A stretch of DNA of 64,000 bases, taken from assembly GCF_030684315.1 (NCBI RefSeq), contig NC_081360.1:77799780-77863779 (forward strand), read 5' to 3'. This DNA is from Stegostoma tigrinum (taxonomy: Eukaryota). Made by a program: the position numbers and the translations under genes. Below are positions 62,434 through 64,000 of this stretch, piece after piece; positions within the stretch are counted from its first letter, which is position 1; each line of letters begins with the position of its first letter. Below the pieces are notes generated by a model. The model was not told the DNA's origin. It was given only the letters and a program-made list of their open reading frames with translations, and searched no databases.

Positions 62434-62640
62434 GATAATAAAGTGTGAAACTGGATGAACACAGCAGGCCAAGCAGTATCTCAGGAGCACAAAAGCTGAT
62501 GTTTCAGGCCCTCTGATGAAGGGTCTAGGCCCGAAATGTCAGCTTTTGTGCTCCTGAGATGCTGCTTGGCCTGCTGTGTTCATCGAGCTTCACACTTTAT
62601 TATCTTGGATTCTCCAGCATCTGCAGTTCCCATTATCTCT
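62434..62640. mobile_element. PLE pLTR hairpin insertion with hammerhead core, 14-bp TSD
   Basis: TSD aacacacatgcaca at 62420-62433 and 62641-62654. ctgatgaagggtctaggcccgaaatgtc at 62513-62540. Confidence 0.92.
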
Positions 62641-63559
62641 AACACACATGCACATGTGTGTTATGTGCAGGCGTAATGATATAAATTCATCATAAGGATG
62701 AGTGAATTGCACTTACTATAAATAAACAGTTCTGAAAAACAGAGTTGTGATTTTACCTCACAGAAGTTAATGCTTCACACATCAACATCTTTCCAAAGGA
62801 ACTAAAAATACTTGACTCAGAGCCATAGCAAATTGCAATGCAAAATGTATGAAACAGAATATGACTTTAAGAACTGAAATATTAGGCAGTATTGAGATTT
62901 TAGAGATCCATCTTGAGCAGTGCTTAAATTATTGATCATCCTTGAAAACTGTGTCAAGAGAATTTAACAAGAAAAATACAACAGAATTTTTCAGAAATGC
63001 ACCTTTTCCTGAGATAGAGAACCAAATAATTCTCAACTGCTAAGGTACTTTGATATGCATTTCAATAGAAATCCATTGTTAAATATGTCTACAATTGAAT
63101 GGTAATCGTTTGCTATGAGACTCTTCCTTTTTACAATTAAGCTCAATGTGGCTTGAAATTAATTCTCTGCGCCTGAATTAATTAAAAAACAGAGAGCAAA
63201 TTTGAAATGAAGTGGGCATTTATGGAGGCATAAACAGTGAGAGAGGAAACAGCAAAGTGTTTCCTTTCATTTATAAAATTTGATAAATCACCAGACACAG
63301 ATGAAATGCAATATCAATTTAGAGATGCAAAGGAAATAGCAGAGGCTATGGCTATCAGTGTCCAATCATTTCTTGGGTTAGGATTAGGTTCAGACAAGAT
63401 GCCAGAATAATTGAACATTTTTGTAATGAAATATTTGTTAAAACAAGGAGAAAGGGATAAAATGACTAACTAACCCAGTTGATTTAACCTTAGCCATGAA
63501 AAAAAAATCTCAGGCCAGAATCAATTATCATTTAAGAAGTGATGGATTAAAAGAAGGAT

Positions 63560-63790
63560 GGGCAGCTCAGTTAACTGGATGGCATTTTACAGTGCAAGGC
63601 CAGACAAATAAGAGTGGGTTCAATTAGTGTACCAGCTGACATTACCATGATGGGCTCTCCTTCTCCACCTCTCCTCTTGTCTAAGGTGTATTGATCCCAC
63701 GATGTGTTAGCAGTCTCCCTCTCAGAAGTTATCTCTCTCTACCAAGAGAGTTGCCCGAGAGTCCAACAGGATTATGGCAACTTTATGTTT
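63560..63790 (+). mobile_element. tRNA-type SINE, degenerate
   Basis: gctcagtt..gg A-box-like and gggttcaatt B-box-like; homologous to 4227-4430. Confidence 0.6.
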
Positions 63791-64000
63791 AATTTATTGA
63801 TTCAGTCTCTGTGGACTTCTTTGGATTGCAAGGATCCCCTTGGACATATCATAAATCAAATTAATTGGCTTTATTAATTATTGACTAAAGGAAAAAAATA
63901 TCAACTAGATTTCAGTTTTTGTTGCATTTACTTTAACACAAATTAACAGAGATACAAATTACATGTTAAGATGCAAATAATGCCTCAAATGGAAATATAG

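Noticed and set aside
32964-62640. Hairpins read as DNA-transposon MITEs, miRNA genes or CRISPR repeats
   Set aside because: The variable centres, one-sided tail, 12-14 bp TSDs and identity to a PLE 3' end point to a retroelement origin. There is no regular repeat-spacer array.

Overview
This is a eukaryotic, AT-rich, repeat-dense window that reads as intronic or intergenic cartilaginous-fish (shark) DNA. That assignment is inferred from the HE1/V-SINE-type SINEs and HER1/CR1-type LINEs. I found no securely identifiable host gene, only two weak minus-strand exon candidates. Most listed ORFs are retroelement fragments or their antisense shadows. The window holds many CR1 LINE fragments, including three near-identical young copies and one nearly full-length decayed copy with an esterase ORF1. 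It also holds L2-, RTE- and Rex1-like remnants, several tRNA-type SINEs, and Penelope-like elements (PLEs) of two types. The most notable structure is a set of about 15 short (60-400 bp) PLE terminal-repeat insertions. Many are fold-back hairpins, many carry minimal hammerhead-ribozyme motifs (CTGANGA-A-stem-GAAACGTH), and eight have 12-17 bp target-site duplications (TSDs). A young, 5'-truncated GIY-YIG PLE at 50143-51461 has the same 3' end and a 13-bp TSD. All coordinates and identities were read by eye, and the boundaries of old repeats are approximate.
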